Positions 1-10,939 of a stretch of DNA of 64,000 bases are shown here, in pieces (position 1 is the stretch's first letter; the number at the start of each line of letters is the position of its first letter). The stretch comes from Candidatus Bathyarchaeota archaeon. Lineage in GTDB: Archaea; Thermoproteota; Bathyarchaeia; Bathyarchaeales; Bathycorpusculaceae. Below the pieces are notes generated by a model. It was not told the DNA's origin and did no database searches. It saw nothing but the letters and a program-made list of their open reading frames with translations. A program made the position numbers and the translations under genes. Location of the stretch: NCBI GenBank assembly GCA_963827165.1, contig CAWGZR010000011.1, positions 64,001-128,000 on the forward strand, given 5' to 3'.

Positions 1-77
1 ATAAAAGAAAAATAGTTGGCTCCATTTCGGGGGGAGCTGATTTTTGAACGATTGTGTCTGGGCACTCAGCGCTGCGG

Positions 78-1760
78 TTATGGGTTTCTATTTGCCCATT
101 GTTTTCTCATTTCTGCAAGGGCTTTTTGATCGAGATAGTATTTGCCGTTGACTTCTTGGAAAACTTTTGTTTGCCCTGCACGTCTCTCCATGAAATCTTC
201 AAATCTCGGCGGTAGACCTAGTTGCTCTGCGGTCATGGCTTTTTCTGGGTTAGTTGCTCCTTTCTGCTGGAATGTGCTGACAAGTCGACGGAAGCGTTCT
301 GCGCGTTCTTGCTGGGTAAGGGGTTGTTGTTGAGTGGTTTGAGTTTGAGGCGGTGGCATCTGGGTATTTGATCCTGAAATAACGTTTGACGCGCTGGAGG
401 CACCTTTGTTTTCATTTTCTGAGCTACTTGCATCGTCATCTTTTTTTGGCGTCGTTGAAATGCTCGCGCTGGAATAGCTGGCTGAGCCTCCTGCAGATCC
501 TGTTGATCCAGTTTTTCCTCGAGTAAACTTGAAACCAACTATGCCGACCACAACTATGACTGCCACCACTCCAATAATGATGAATAGAAAGCTGTTTGTC
601 CCTGATGAAGGTGCAGGTGACGAGGTTGATGCTGTTGTTGGAGTTGCGGAAGTAGCTGGGGTTGAGGAAGTAGAGGCGCTTGGGCTGGGGGAAGTTGCGC
701 TAAATGAATCGGATAGATATGAAACTGCATTAGAGCCGCTGTCAACTACGAATATCTCGCCTTTGACAGAATCATAAGCTAAGCCTATTGGGAGAGGACC
801 AAAACTTTCTCCACCTATAGGTAACTGCGCCAAGGGCGCCGTTGCGATTACATCATTATTGCTATCTGATATAACAAAGACGGATGCACCTGCACTGCTA
901 GTTTCGAATATGTCACCCGTGGCAGAATCATAAACAACGTCTGTGGGGTCTCCTGTATAACCAGATCCAAAGGCTATAGTTTTCACCACATCATTGGTTT
1001 TGTCTGAGAGAACCGTGACTGAGGCGGAATCATAGTTGGCGATGAATATCTCGCCTTTGGTAGAATCATATACTAAGCCTTCAGGAGCGCTTCCCCCATT
1101 TACGGTTGCAACCACTTTATTGTCAGTGTCCGATATGACCGATACGTCGTTGCCGCTTGATAATTCATTGGATACGAATATCTCACTTTTAGAGGAGTCA
1201 TAAACCAGACCAAGTGGTCCGGCACCCACATTTATCGTTGCAACAACGGTGTTGCTGCTGTCTGATATGACTGAGACGGTGTCTATGGTTGAAGCCACTG
1301 AACCGTCATAATTGGAGTTAGCCACGAATATTTCGCCTTTGCCAGCATCATAAGCTATACCTTCGGGACCGATTCCCACAGTGATAGTTTGGATCACGGT
1401 GTTAGAGCTGTCCGATATGACGGCTACTGAACCGTTGTTTGTGCCGTCGCCTTCATTAGTTACGAATAGCTCGCCCTTGCTTGCATCGTAAGCGATGCCG
1501 GTGGGGTATTGTCCGACTCCGCTAATTGTTTGAATTACCGAATTAGAGCTGTCGGATATAACTGAGACTGAGCCGTCGCCTTGGTTGGTAACGAATATTT
1601 CGCCCTTGACGGAATCATAAGCTGCATATTCCGGACTGCTTCCCACAGTTATTGTGGGCGGTATCGAAAGCTGTGTAATGGCGTGAACCATACTTGCTGA
1701 TGACAAAACAAAAATCGTAATGAATACGATACTTAAAGCCTTCCAAATTTTGTTTTTCAT
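78..1760 (-). CDS. YVTN/YncE-type beta-propeller surface protein with signal peptide, Ser/Thr/Pro linker, one TM helix and cytoplasmic tail
   Basis: About 7 repeats of 'P.giAYDssKGEIFVtN....sVSVISDssNtV..TI.VG'; N-terminal hydrophobic signal; TM 'FLFIIIGVVAVIVVVGIVGF'. Start placed at MKNKIWK (1760), after a GGAG RBS, rather than 1802. Confidence 0.85.
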   Translation of the reverse strand: MKNKIWKALSIVFITIFVLSSASMVHAITQLSIPPTITVGSSPEYAAYDSVKGEIFVTNQGDGSVSVISDSSNSVIQTISGVGQYPTGIAYDASKGELFVTNEGDGTNNGSVAVISDSSNTVIQTITVGIGPEGIAYDAGKGEIFVANSNYDGSVASTIDTVSVISDSSNTVVATINVGAGPLGLVYDSSKSEIFVSNELSSGNDVSVISDTDNKVVATVNGGSAPEGLVYDSTKGEIFIANYDSASVTVLSDKTNDVVKTIAFGSGYTGDPTDVVYDSATGDIFETSSAGASVFVISDSNNDVIATAPLAQLPIGGESFGPLPIGLAYDSVKGEIFVVDSGSNAVSYLSDSFSATSPSPSASTSSTPATSATPTTASTSSPAPSSGTNSFLFIIIGVVAVIVVVGIVGFKFTRGKTGSTGSAGGSASYSSASISTTPKKDDDASSSENENKGASSASNVISGSNTQMPPPQTQTTQQQPLTQQERAERFRRLVSTFQQKGATNPEKAMTAEQLGLPPRFEDFMERRAGQTKVFQEVNGKYYLDQKALAEMRKQWANRNP

Positions 1761-1926
1761 AAATTCTCCTTCCTCCAAACTTCTTAAAGCACCAAGTCTC
1801 ATATTAAATTTAAAACTTCCGATTGCTCGCTTGACTTACAGTCGACCAATAGGGCGACTTCTTTGAATGCTTAAAATCTTTATTGGACGCTGAGTAACTA
1901 CAAAAGAGCTAATCTTGTTTTGCTTT

Positions 1927-2856
1927 TTACAGTTTACGTGGCTTTGGCGGTTGATTTTTCGACTTGTCCGGGTTTGTTTTGGTTTCCGTGTTTAGAAGTT
2001 GCTTTAAACGCCAAACTAGCACATCTCGATCGTTAGGTTGCTGTTGCATCCACATTTCACGGTATTCCCTAAATTGTTGCCCAGTGATTTTTCCTTTCGA
2101 TTGCAAGTCACCTAGCAACTTCACGAATCCTCTAAGTTCTATCTGCTCGTTAGTTTCCACATTTGCAGTTTTTCTTGTGTTTGTTTCGGTTGCGGCTGGT
2201 TCTCTGTCTGGTGGCGGATAGGTCTGGTATAGGAAACGGGCGAAATACGAGATTTCCCACGACTTCGTGGTGGGCAAGCTGTCTTTAGCTTTTAGTAACT
2301 CAGCGGTAAAGTGTGCGTATTCTGCTCCAACAGAGTAAAATTTGGTTACGCTGCTTTTGGTTTCAACTACGCGGTTAACGAAATGCCTTAAATGCGGCGT
2401 ACTAAAGATTGGGACTACCGCCGCGCTTTCATAGTTGAAGCAAAATATGATTTTTTTGGCTAATTGTTTATCGTTTCCTAAGCCGTTTATTTGCTCCCAA
2501 GGAGCATCCACTTTTTGAGCTAAAGATTTGTTCTTATCAACTGAGGTACGGAGCAGATTCTTGAAATCGCCCAGTTGCAGTCTGATATTTCGGTAAACGT
2601 TGGAGCTCTGGATTGTTAGGTGCCCGATTGGATCGAGGGAATATACTAAGTAACGGAAGAATTCGCCAGTTTCATTTGAATCAGGCTTGAAGATTTGGTC
2701 AGGGTCTAGCCAATCTATTGATCTAATGTTTTCCGTGAAAGGAAATCTACTTCTGAATTCCTTAAGGGTCCCAACCGCGTTATTTACTTCCCGTTTCACT
2801 AACCCGTTTTTGTCGTAAGCATTTGCCTGTTCAAGCATTGAATTACTTCGAGACAT
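1927..2856 (-). CDS. Hypothetical protein
   Basis: 309-aa ORF with ATG start and upstream AT-rich promoter-like sequence; no family recognised with confidence. Confidence 0.7.
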   Translation of the reverse strand: MSRSNSMLEQANAYDKNGLVKREVNNAVGTLKEFRSRFPFTENIRSIDWLDPDQIFKPDSNETGEFFRYLVYSLDPIGHLTIQSSNVYRNIRLQLGDFKNLLRTSVDKNKSLAQKVDAPWEQINGLGNDKQLAKKIIFCFNYESAAVVPIFSTPHLRHFVNRVVETKSSVTKFYSVGAEYAHFTAELLKAKDSLPTTKSWEISYFARFLYQTYPPPDREPAATETNTRKTANVETNEQIELRGFVKLLGDLQSKGKITGQQFREYREMWMQQQPNDRDVLVWRLKQLLNTETKTNPDKSKNQPPKPRKL

Positions 2857-3030
2857 TTTCAGCCGTAAATGTATTGCAAATTGGCTAATAAGAACATTGC
2901 AGCCTTTGCAGAAACAATTACTCTTACAAGAGGATTAAATTCGCGGTAGCATTCGAAAAGACAGAAAATCTATTATCTGATCGTTTTTTGTTAGGCAATC
3001 ACATGCAAATTTGAGCTCGATTTAAGAGTT

Positions 3031-3669
3031 TTAGCAGTATTTTTCAATTAAACGCCTGATAGGATTTAAGAATGGTGGAATTATCCAGAGTATGAACCGC
3101 AAGGGATAGCCGTTTCCAATTGGTACCAACAAAGTCCAAAAGATAGGTAAGGCTGAAATTAAAAAGATCACAGTGCCTACGATTTCCATATTTCTAAGCA
3201 GTTTGAAATGGCGGACCATTAACTTTGAAGTTTCTTTATTTGCCACGACGGAGTGGGAGAGGAACGCAAGGGCTAAAAATAGTCCGCCTAGATCAAAAGC
3301 GTATATTACTGAGCCATTCTGAACCAGTGACGTGCCTGAGTGCAGCATCTCGTTGAATAGAAAAGGCTCGATGGAAACCAAAAAGAGCAAAACAATGTTC
3401 AGGTTCACTGCTACTTGTTTTTCAACGTGCATATAATTCATTGTCTGGGTGTATGAATACCAAACTCTGATCAATATGAAGAAACTAAAACCATAATAAA
3501 CTATGTCGTAGAGCAACTGGTCAAAACTGCTTGGCATCTGCCCGATCAATGTAAGAGCGCCTATGGAGAGGGCCAACCCAAAAATCAAGTCGGAGAGACT
3601 TTCTAAACGTGATTTCGGCATCAACCTTTCTTTTTCTTCCGCCACGCAATTAACCCCGAGCTTGCTCAT
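3031..3669 (-). CDS. TMEM175 (DUF1211) family potassium channel-like membrane protein
   Basis: 'SRLESLSDLIFGLALSIGAL' resembles the RLEAFSDGVFAIA signature; about 6 TM segments. True start may be MPKS (3621). Confidence 0.75.
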   Translation of the reverse strand: MSKLGVNCVAEEKERLMPKSRLESLSDLIFGLALSIGALTLIGQMPSSFDQLLYDIVYYGFSFFILIRVWYSYTQTMNYMHVEKQVAVNLNIVLLFLVSIEPFLFNEMLHSGTSLVQNGSVIYAFDLGGLFLALAFLSHSVVANKETSKLMVRHFKLLRNMEIVGTVIFLISALPIFWTLLVPIGNGYPLRFILWIIPPFLNPIRRLIEKYC

Positions 3670-3730
3670 GTTGTTTTAGGAAGAATACGGATTTAAGCAT
3701 TCAAACGGGGATGAAAGCCAAAACAGACGC

Positions 3731-5341
3731 TTATTTTTTTGCTTGCTTGAATTCTTCTCTTGTCTTCATTTGCCGCCGCTTCAGGTTGTAACTTAGCGAA
3801 AAGTCGTGCGCAGCGTCACGGATTTTTCTTAACAGCAGCATCATACGGCTGTTCTTGTCAAAGACTTTTGGCGTTGATTCGTCAGGTAAATAGATCTCTT
3901 CATGCTCCTTCGCCAACCCAATCACTGGAACTTTCAAGCCAAGGGTTTGCAGAGCTGCCTTTGCTGCGCTAACTTGGCCCGGTCCGCCGTCGATTAGCAC
4001 CAAGTCGGGCAGCGGCGTTTTTTCTTCAACCAAACGTTTGTATCTGCGAGCCACAACCTCGTTGACGGCGGCGAAGTCGTCTTGCCCAACGAAAGTTTTG
4101 ATTTTGAATCGTCGATAATTTTTCTTGTCAGGTTTAGCATCTTTGAAACTGACCATGCCCGAAACAACATGTTCCTGTCCCAAGTTGGAGACATCGAAAC
4201 ATTCGATTACCCGTGGCAAGGTTGGGAGACTCAGCTCGGTTTGCAAATCAAACAGGGCGCTGTCAACTTCCAATGTGGACTCAAGATTTTTCTCTGCCAA
4301 CTGAACGAGCGCGAGCTTGTCGGCTTTTCTAGGCAAAACCAATGAGACTGGCCCACCCCTTTTTTCTGTCAGGAATTCTTCAAGAACCTTTTTTTCTTCG
4401 GGCTCTTGCCAGCACGGCTTGTTCAAGAGGATTTCTCGGGGGATTCTATTGCTTGCGTAGTATGCCTTGAGGAATTCTTCTTCAACTTGGGGCTGAAGGT
4501 CGACAGTGAACTGTTTTTTCCCTAGCAAAACTCCTCTTCTGACTCCCATTTGAACAGCGCGCATTTTGTCGCCAACTCGCTTGAAAGCCAAAATGTCTTG
4601 GTCGAACCTTCGTTCATTGTCAACGATTTGGCGTTCAGTTACGAGCCTGATGGAATCGATTTGGTTGCGCAGGTCAATGGCGGTTTCATATTTCTGTTTT
4701 ATAGAGGCTTGCTGCATTTGAGCGGTAAGCTCCTTGATTGTTTGCAGATAGTTCCCGTTCAAGAATGACCTTGCACCGGCGATTTGCTCTGCGTATTCCT
4801 CAACCGTGACTTTTCCCACACATGGCGCGGTACAGAGGTGGATATGGTAGTTAAGACAAGCGCGTTTATGTATTGTTTTGCATGTCCGTAGCTTGAATAC
4901 TCGTTGAACCAAGCGTTGCAAATCCTGCCGAATGAAGCCTTCAGTGTAGGGTCCGAATGATTCGAGTTTTCGTCCGACTTTTCGGCTGGTAAGTATCCTC
5001 GGGTAAGGATCCCGCGTAAGAGAAATGTACGCGAATGTTTTGTCGTCCTTAAGGTCAATGTTGTACTTGGGCGAATGCTGCTTAACCAGCTTATTTTCCA
5101 AGAGTAGCGCTTCAACTTCGTTATTCACAATTATCCAGTCGATGCCGCGGATTCGGAGAACCAACTGCCTTGTTTTCGCAGGTTGGTCCTTGTGTAGAAA
5201 GTAGCTTTTGACTCGGGAACGCAGGTTTTTGGCTTTGCCTATGTAGAGGATTTCGCCTGCTTCATCTTTGTAAAGATAAACGCCTGGATTAGTGGGAATG
5301 TCGCTACTTTTGAATTCTGACGGATTAGCTAATTGAATCAT
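3731..5341 (-). CDS. uvrC: Excinuclease ABC subunit C
   Basis: GIY-YIG 'PGVYLYKD...YIGKAKNLRSRVKSYF', UVR domain, RNase H-like 'IECFDVSN' and 'PDLVLIDGG'; lacks the C-terminal HhH tail. Confidence 0.97.
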   Translation of the reverse strand: MIQLANPSEFKSSDIPTNPGVYLYKDEAGEILYIGKAKNLRSRVKSYFLHKDQPAKTRQLVLRIRGIDWIIVNNEVEALLLENKLVKQHSPKYNIDLKDDKTFAYISLTRDPYPRILTSRKVGRKLESFGPYTEGFIRQDLQRLVQRVFKLRTCKTIHKRACLNYHIHLCTAPCVGKVTVEEYAEQIAGARSFLNGNYLQTIKELTAQMQQASIKQKYETAIDLRNQIDSIRLVTERQIVDNERRFDQDILAFKRVGDKMRAVQMGVRRGVLLGKKQFTVDLQPQVEEEFLKAYYASNRIPREILLNKPCWQEPEEKKVLEEFLTEKRGGPVSLVLPRKADKLALVQLAEKNLESTLEVDSALFDLQTELSLPTLPRVIECFDVSNLGQEHVVSGMVSFKDAKPDKKNYRRFKIKTFVGQDDFAAVNEVVARRYKRLVEEKTPLPDLVLIDGGPGQVSAAKAALQTLGLKVPVIGLAKEHEEIYLPDESTPKVFDKNSRMMLLLRKIRDAAHDFSLSYNLKRRQMKTREEFKQAKK

Positions 5342-8283
5342 GCAGGCTGCTTCACTGCCAGCTCTATTCCTTGTTGCGGGCGGTTAAGAATTTTCTGCAA
5401 AAACTTACCTGTGTATGAACCTTCGTTCTGAGCGACCTCTTCAGGAGTTCCCTGAGCTAGAAGTTCGCCTCCCGCTGCTCCGCCTTCAGGACCTAAATCC
5501 ACGAGGTAATCGCAGCTTTTTATGACGTCGAGATTGTGTTCGATGATGTAGACAGTGTTTCCGTTGTCTACAAGTCGATTAAGAACTCGGATGAGGCGTT
5601 TGGTATCGTCAAAATGTAGGCCCGTAGTGGGTTCGTCAAGCATGTAGACGACGTGTCCCGACTTGTTTTTGCTGAGTTCACGGGTGATTTTTATACGTTG
5701 GCTTTCCCCGCCTGACAGGGTGGTTGAGCTTTGACCCAGCTTAATGTAACCTAAGCCCACATCAAGGAGAGTGCCAAGTTTTCGGCTGATTCTCGGTGTG
5801 TTCTCAAAGAATTTGGCTGCTTCCTCCACAGTCATATCTAGCACTTCAGCGATGTTCTTGCCTTTGAAGAGTATGCTTAGGGTTTCTTTGTTGTAGCGTT
5901 TGCCTTTACATTCGCTGCATTGAACGTAAACGTCTGGTAGAAAATTCATTTCGATGCGTAGGACTCCGTCGCCCTGGCAAGTTTCGCATCTGCCACCTTT
6001 CACGTTGAAGCTGAAACGTCCTTCCTTGTAACCTCGCGCCTTAGCCTCTTTTGTTGATGCAAAGATGCGTCTGATTTCGTCAAAGAGTTTGGTATAGGTT
6101 GCTGGGTTGCTTCTGGGGGTTCTTCCTATTGGGTCTTGATCAATGACGATTACGTTGTGGACCATAGGTGGGATGTCGATTGATTCGTGTTTGCCGATCT
6201 TGTCAATTTTCTCGCCGAATATCTGGCGAAGCCTGGGGATAACGGTCAAATTCATAAGTGTGCTTTTGCCCGAACCTGAAACGCCTGTGACGCCGCACAG
6301 CACGCCAAGCGGTAACTGGAGGCTGAGGTGCTTGAGGTTATTCTCCTCTAGTCCTTTGACTGTTATGTAGCCTGCTGGTTTGCGTCGCGTCTCGGGCACC
6401 TCGATTTTGAGTTCGCCAGAGAGGTATTTGCCTGTGAGGCTGCGTTTGTTAGTCATTATTTCTTCGGGTGGACCTTCAGCTACTATGTGTCCCCCGTGGA
6501 CTCCTGCACCTGGTCCCATGTCAACGATGTAGTCGGCTTTCCTTATGGTTTCCTCATCATGCTCAACCACGATCAAAGTGTTGCCCAAGTCACGGAGGCG
6601 ATGCAGGGTGCTGATGAGTTTAGCGTTATCCCGTTGATGCAAGCCGATGCTCGGTTCATCCAAAATGTAGAGAACACCCATCAGGTTGCTACCGATCTGC
6701 GTGGCTAAACGGATTCGCTGGGCTTCGCCGCCACTGAGTGTTCTTGCTGCACGGGAAAGTGAAAGATAACCTAGCCCGACGTTCTTCAAAAACCCGAGCC
6801 GCTCATTTACTTCTTTGAGCACCTGCTTTGCGATGGCCATTTCTTTCTCGTTAAGTTGAGCAGGCAGATTTTGGAAGAAGTCGACTGCCTCTTCGATTGA
6901 AAGGTCAGTGGCGTCAATTATGCTCTTGTCCAAGATTTTAACCGCAAGTACTACGGGCTGCAGTTTCTTGCCTTGACACGCATTGCATGGTCGCGAAGTC
7001 ATGAATTTCTCAATGTCTTCTTTTCGCCATTCACTCTCTGTTTGGCGATAAAGCCTCATGGTTTGCGGGATTACTCCTTCCCAGCCGTCACGCATCCACA
7101 TACTTGCGCCATTAGACCATTGACCATTCAACGGTTCCCTGTCACCATACAGGAGCACGTGGAGTTGTTGATCTGTGAAATCTTTAATCGGGGTGAAAAC
7201 GTCGAACCCGTGTTTTTTACCTACCATCTGAAGCTGCTGTGCACGCCAGCTGAGATCCATGCTTCCGTAAACGGAGAGTGCCCCATCCATTATGGAGAGG
7301 TTTTTGTTCGGGATGACTTTGTCTTCTGAGATTTCGGTGATTTCGCCTAAGCCGTGGCAGGTTGTGCAGGCGCCGAACGGCGAGTTGAATGAGAACATGC
7401 GTGGCTCGAGGCTTTCGAATACGATTTCTGGGTGGTTGGGGCAGGCTCCGAAGGTGCTGTACATAGTTTCATCTTGGAAGCGTTCAAGTTCCTTTTTCTT
7501 TTCCGTCTCAGCTTCTTTTTGTGCATCGATAATTATCATTGTTCCTTTGCCGACTTGAAGCGCCTGCTCCACCGCTTCACTGATGCGGCTTCGTTCTTCA
7601 TCCCCGATTTTGACTGTGTCTATGACGGCTTCTATCCAGTGTTTTTCGTACCGTACAAGCTTGACTTCTTCTTTGATGCCGTCTGAATCGTAGATTTTTT
7701 GGTCTGCCCTTATTTTGGTGTAGCCCTGTTTTTTGAGGTCGTCGAAGACCTGTTCATGAGTCCCTTTTATGCCGCGGATTACTGGAGCTAGGAAGACAAA
7801 TGTTTTTTCTTTTTCAGCCATAACGAGACTTGTTATATTTTCGGCGCTTTGTGGGTGGATTGAACTACCGCATTTTGGGCAATGATGAGTGCCTATGCGG
7901 GCGAAAAGAAGCCGAAGATAATCGTAGATTTCAGTAACAGTACCGACAGTTGAACGTGGGTTTTTGCTGGTGCTTTTCTGTTCAATCGAGATTGCAGGCG
8001 ATAACCCTTCTATTGAGTCTACGTCGGGTTTATCCATCAAGCCGAGGAACTGCCTAGCGTAAGCAGAGAGGCTCTCAACGTATCGTCTCTGTCCCTCAGC
8101 GTATATGGTGTCAAACGCAAGGGTGGATTTTCCTGAGCCTGAAAGCCCAGTGACAACTATGAATTTGTTTCTGGGAAGTTCCACATCGATGTTTTTGAGG
8201 TTATGCTCTCTTGCACCCTTAATTGAGATGCTGTCTCTCATGACTAAACCCTTTTCCTTCTCGTTTATTGTGAACTTAACCAT
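5338..8283 (-). CDS. uvrA: Excinuclease ABC subunit A
   Basis: '[10 protein letters not shown]', two Walker A motifs ([16 protein letters not shown]), two LSGGE signatures, zinc fingers. Start possibly at 8241 (MRDS). Confidence 0.98.
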   Translation of the reverse strand: MVKFTINEKEKGLVMRDSISIKGAREHNLKNIDVELPRNKFIVVTGLSGSGKSTLAFDTIYAEGQRRYVESLSAYARQFLGLMDKPDVDSIEGLSPAISIEQKSTSKNPRSTVGTVTEIYDYLRLLFARIGTHHCPKCGSSIHPQSAENITSLVMAEKEKTFVFLAPVIRGIKGTHEQVFDDLKKQGYTKIRADQKIYDSDGIKEEVKLVRYEKHWIEAVIDTVKIGDEERSRISEAVEQALQVGKGTMIIIDAQKEAETEKKKELERFQDETMYSTFGACPNHPEIVFESLEPRMFSFNSPFGACTTCHGLGEITEISEDKVIPNKNLSIMDGALSVYGSMDLSWRAQQLQMVGKKHGFDVFTPIKDFTDQQLHVLLYGDREPLNGQWSNGASMWMRDGWEGVIPQTMRLYRQTESEWRKEDIEKFMTSRPCNACQGKKLQPVVLAVKILDKSIIDATDLSIEEAVDFFQNLPAQLNEKEMAIAKQVLKEVNERLGFLKNVGLGYLSLSRAARTLSGGEAQRIRLATQIGSNLMGVLYILDEPSIGLHQRDNAKLISTLHRLRDLGNTLIVVEHDEETIRKADYIVDMGPGAGVHGGHIVAEGPPEEIMTNKRSLTGKYLSGELKIEVPETRRKPAGYITVKGLEENNLKHLSLQLPLGVLCGVTGVSGSGKSTLMNLTVIPRLRQIFGEKIDKIGKHESIDIPPMVHNVIVIDQDPIGRTPRSNPATYTKLFDEIRRIFASTKEAKARGYKEGRFSFNVKGGRCETCQGDGVLRIEMNFLPDVYVQCSECKGKRYNKETLSILFKGKNIAEVLDMTVEEAAKFFENTPRISRKLGTLLDVGLGYIKLGQSSTTLSGGESQRIKITRELSKNKSGHVVYMLDEPTTGLHFDDTKRLIRVLNRLVDNGNTVYIIEHNLDVIKSCDYLVDLGPEGGAAGGELLAQGTPEEVAQNEGSYTGKFLQKILNRPQQGIELAVKQPA

Positions 8284-8335
8284 TTTATTCAGGATAGATT
8301 AGAACCTTTTTGCCACAAACCCCTCATTTTCTGGG

Positions 8336-10279
8336 CTAGCTACTGCTTTCTATCTTTCTGGCCAAAGCCAAATTCAACTCGGAAATCGCATCCCGCAACT
8401 CAATCGCCCGCTCGAAATCAAGTTTCTCAGCAGCTTCCCTCATCTTTGCATCTAGCTCGATTATCTGTCTTTGAATATCCGACTTAGGCAAGTGCTTGAC
8501 CCCTTTGATGGTGCCTTCTTTGTGAGAGACGCTTTTGATTATTGTTGTTGGAGTAATGTTATGGCTTTGGTTGTAGCGTTTTTGGAAAGCGCGACGGTAA
8601 TTGGTTATTTCTATGGCTCGCTTAATCGAGGATGTTTCAACATCGGCGTAAAGGATGACCCTGCCGTTTACGTTTCTTGCTGCTCGTCCAATGGTTTGAA
8701 TGAGACTGCGTTCGTCCCGCAGAAAACCCTCTTTGTCAGCGTCTAAAATAAAGATGGTTGAAACCTCTGGGATGTCTAATCCTTCCCGGAGCAGGTTGAT
8801 GCCGACCAAAATGTCGAAGTCTCCGACCCGCAGTTGCCGAACAAGCTCAATACGGTCTAAGCTGTCAATGTCAGAGTGCATGTAGCGGACGCGGAAGCCT
8901 TCTTTAACGAGGTAATCCGCCAAATCTTCAGCCATCCTTTTTGTGAGAGTTGTGATTAGGATTCGGTCGCCGCGCTCGATCGTTTTCCTGGCTTCACCCA
9001 TTAGATGTAGCATCTGTCCAGTTATGGGGTGAACTTCAACTTCAGGATCCAAAAGACCTGTTGGTCGAGTGATTAACTCAACGGGTGGACCGCTTTTTTC
9101 CAGTTCGTACTCAGCTGGGGTTGCTGAGACAAAGAGGACTTTGCCCATTTTTTTCTCGAACTCCTCAAACTTCAGCGGCCTGTTGTCTAAAGCACTGGGC
9201 AATCTGAACCCGAAGTCCACCAGATTCTTTTTTCTCGCGTAATCCCCATTGTACATGGCTCGGGACTGTGGAATCGTTTGGTGGCTTTCGTCGATGATGA
9301 GCAAGAAATCTTTGGGGAAATAATCCATTAATGTGAATGGCGGTTCGCCTGGTCTACGTCCGTCGAAGTGTCGGCTGTAGTTTTCCATGCCTGCACAGAA
9401 CCCGATTTCTCGAATCATCTCCAAATCATAATTTGTCCGCTGCTTAAGCCTCTGAGCTTCTAGCGGCGGCAGGTCAGGTAGCCTCTTTTCTAGCTCCTGT
9501 TTTATGTTCTCAAGTGCAAGTGCATGTTTCTCTTCGGGAACAACGTATTGGCGTGCGGGGTAGAGCGTCAACCTGTCAACGGAAACTTTGACGTCGCCTG
9601 TTATTTGGTGAACTTCTTTGAGTTTAGCTATTTTGTCGCCGTCCAATTCAACCCGCAAAATATCGTTCTCGTAGGAGGGTACAACATCAATTGTGTTGCC
9701 TCTAACGCGGAACCTTCCTGGCTCGAGCACCATGTCGTTGCGCTCATATTGCATGTCAACCAAGGCGCGGATGAGATCTTGCCTTCCAATCTGCTTTCCC
9801 ACTGCGAGGTCGAGCGCCATGGTTCGGAAGTCCTCTGGGTTTCCAAGGCTGTAAATGCAGCTGATGCTTGCCACGATTATCGTGTCGTTTCGACTTACCA
9901 GGCTGGACACAGCGTGCATACGCATCTTCTCGATTTCCTCGTTCACGTCCGAGTCCTTTTCAATGTACATATCCTGTGCCGGCAGGTAGGATTCAGGCTG
10001 ATAAAAATCATAAAACGAAATGAAGAATTCAACACGGTTGTGGGGGAAAAGCTCTCGTAGTTCGCCGTAGAGTTGGGCAGCCAAAATCTTGTTGTGCGCT
10101 ATGATTAGGGTTGGCTTTTGCAGGCGGTCGATGACGTTTGCCATGATGAAGGTTTTGCCGCTGCCGGTTATGCCGAGGAGGGTTTGTTTGTCTTTTCTGG
10201 AAAAGTTGGTGGCTAATTTTTCAACAGCATCAGCCTGTCCAGGCGACATTTTGTATGGCGCAATAAGTTCAAACTGCAA
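8336..10279 (-). CDS. uvrB: Excinuclease ABC subunit B
   Basis: 'LLGITGSGKTF', 'SFYDFYQPESY', 'IDESH', 'GINLLREGLDIPEV', 'QTIGRAARN', C-terminal UVR domain; TTG start. Confidence 0.98.
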   Translation of the reverse strand: MQFELIAPYKMSPGQADAVEKLATNFSRKDKQTLLGITGSGKTFIMANVIDRLQKPTLIIAHNKILAAQLYGELRELFPHNRVEFFISFYDFYQPESYLPAQDMYIEKDSDVNEEIEKMRMHAVSSLVSRNDTIIVASISCIYSLGNPEDFRTMALDLAVGKQIGRQDLIRALVDMQYERNDMVLEPGRFRVRGNTIDVVPSYENDILRVELDGDKIAKLKEVHQITGDVKVSVDRLTLYPARQYVVPEEKHALALENIKQELEKRLPDLPPLEAQRLKQRTNYDLEMIREIGFCAGMENYSRHFDGRRPGEPPFTLMDYFPKDFLLIIDESHQTIPQSRAMYNGDYARKKNLVDFGFRLPSALDNRPLKFEEFEKKMGKVLFVSATPAEYELEKSGPPVELITRPTGLLDPEVEVHPITGQMLHLMGEARKTIERGDRILITTLTKRMAEDLADYLVKEGFRVRYMHSDIDSLDRIELVRQLRVGDFDILVGINLLREGLDIPEVSTIFILDADKEGFLRDERSLIQTIGRAARNVNGRVILYADVETSSIKRAIEITNYRRAFQKRYNQSHNITPTTIIKSVSHKEGTIKGVKHLPKSDIQRQIIELDAKMREAAEKLDFERAIELRDAISELNLALARKIESSS

Positions 10280-10362
10280 TTTAGCTTCTCCCGACGACCC
10301 TTCTAAGAAATGACCCGACCGTTTGACTAATAAGGTTTTTTCTGAGAGAGTTCAATGTTGTC

Positions 10363-10378
10363 CATGACACGTGTCATG
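10363..10378. promoter_or_regulatory. Perfect 16-bp palindrome CATGACACGTGTCATG upstream of the uvrBAC promoter (candidate operator)
   Basis: Self-complementary 16-mer, 84 bp upstream of the uvrB start. Confidence 0.45.
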
Positions 10379-10491
10379 CCAACTAAAGAGGCTTACTGGA
10401 CATTTCCGGGTAATTACCTTACACAAAAGCACGTTCTTCTAAACTGAATTAAAAAAACTATCAAAAAAGCAGATAGTTAATTCTAAAGTCA

Positions 10492-10788
10492 TTATGAGAC
10501 TTTTACTAGCGTACCGAATTTGCCGACGTTTAGTTGGTTTTCGCCCTTGAAGCTGGTTATGTAGCCGTTGTCTATTTTTATGTTATCGCCGACGTTAACC
10601 GTATCAATCTGCTCGTTCCATAACGTCAGTTTGATGCTTCCTGATTCGTCAGCAACCACTGCATCAACGATGCGGTATGTTTCGTCTTTGAAGCGGGATT
10701 TGACTTCTCTTGGGTCGCCTTTTTCAACGACTTTCGCTTCAACGCTGACCCGTTTCATCCCATTTTGCAAATCTTTAATCGCCGTCAA
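10492..10788 (-). CDS. ssb: Single OB-fold single-stranded DNA-binding protein (crenarchaeal SSB/RPA-like)
   Basis: 'VADESGSIKLTLWNEQI...GDNIKIDNGYITSFKGENQLNVGKFG', typical of Sulfolobus-type SSB. Confidence 0.85.
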   Translation of the reverse strand: MTAIKDLQNGMKRVSVEAKVVEKGDPREVKSRFKDETYRIVDAVVADESGSIKLTLWNEQIDTVNVGDNIKIDNGYITSFKGENQLNVGKFGTLVKVS

Positions 10789-10939
10789 CCAAATTCACCT
10801 TGAACTATGTTCCTCGCTAAAGAGTTTTCAATTGGAAAGGTGAATTTCAATGATATAAATCTTGCTTAAGAATAACCTGACCGTTAAACATCCGCGAAAG
10901 GATGCAAAAGGCCTGAAAAAATGAGGTTAAGGGGTGGTT

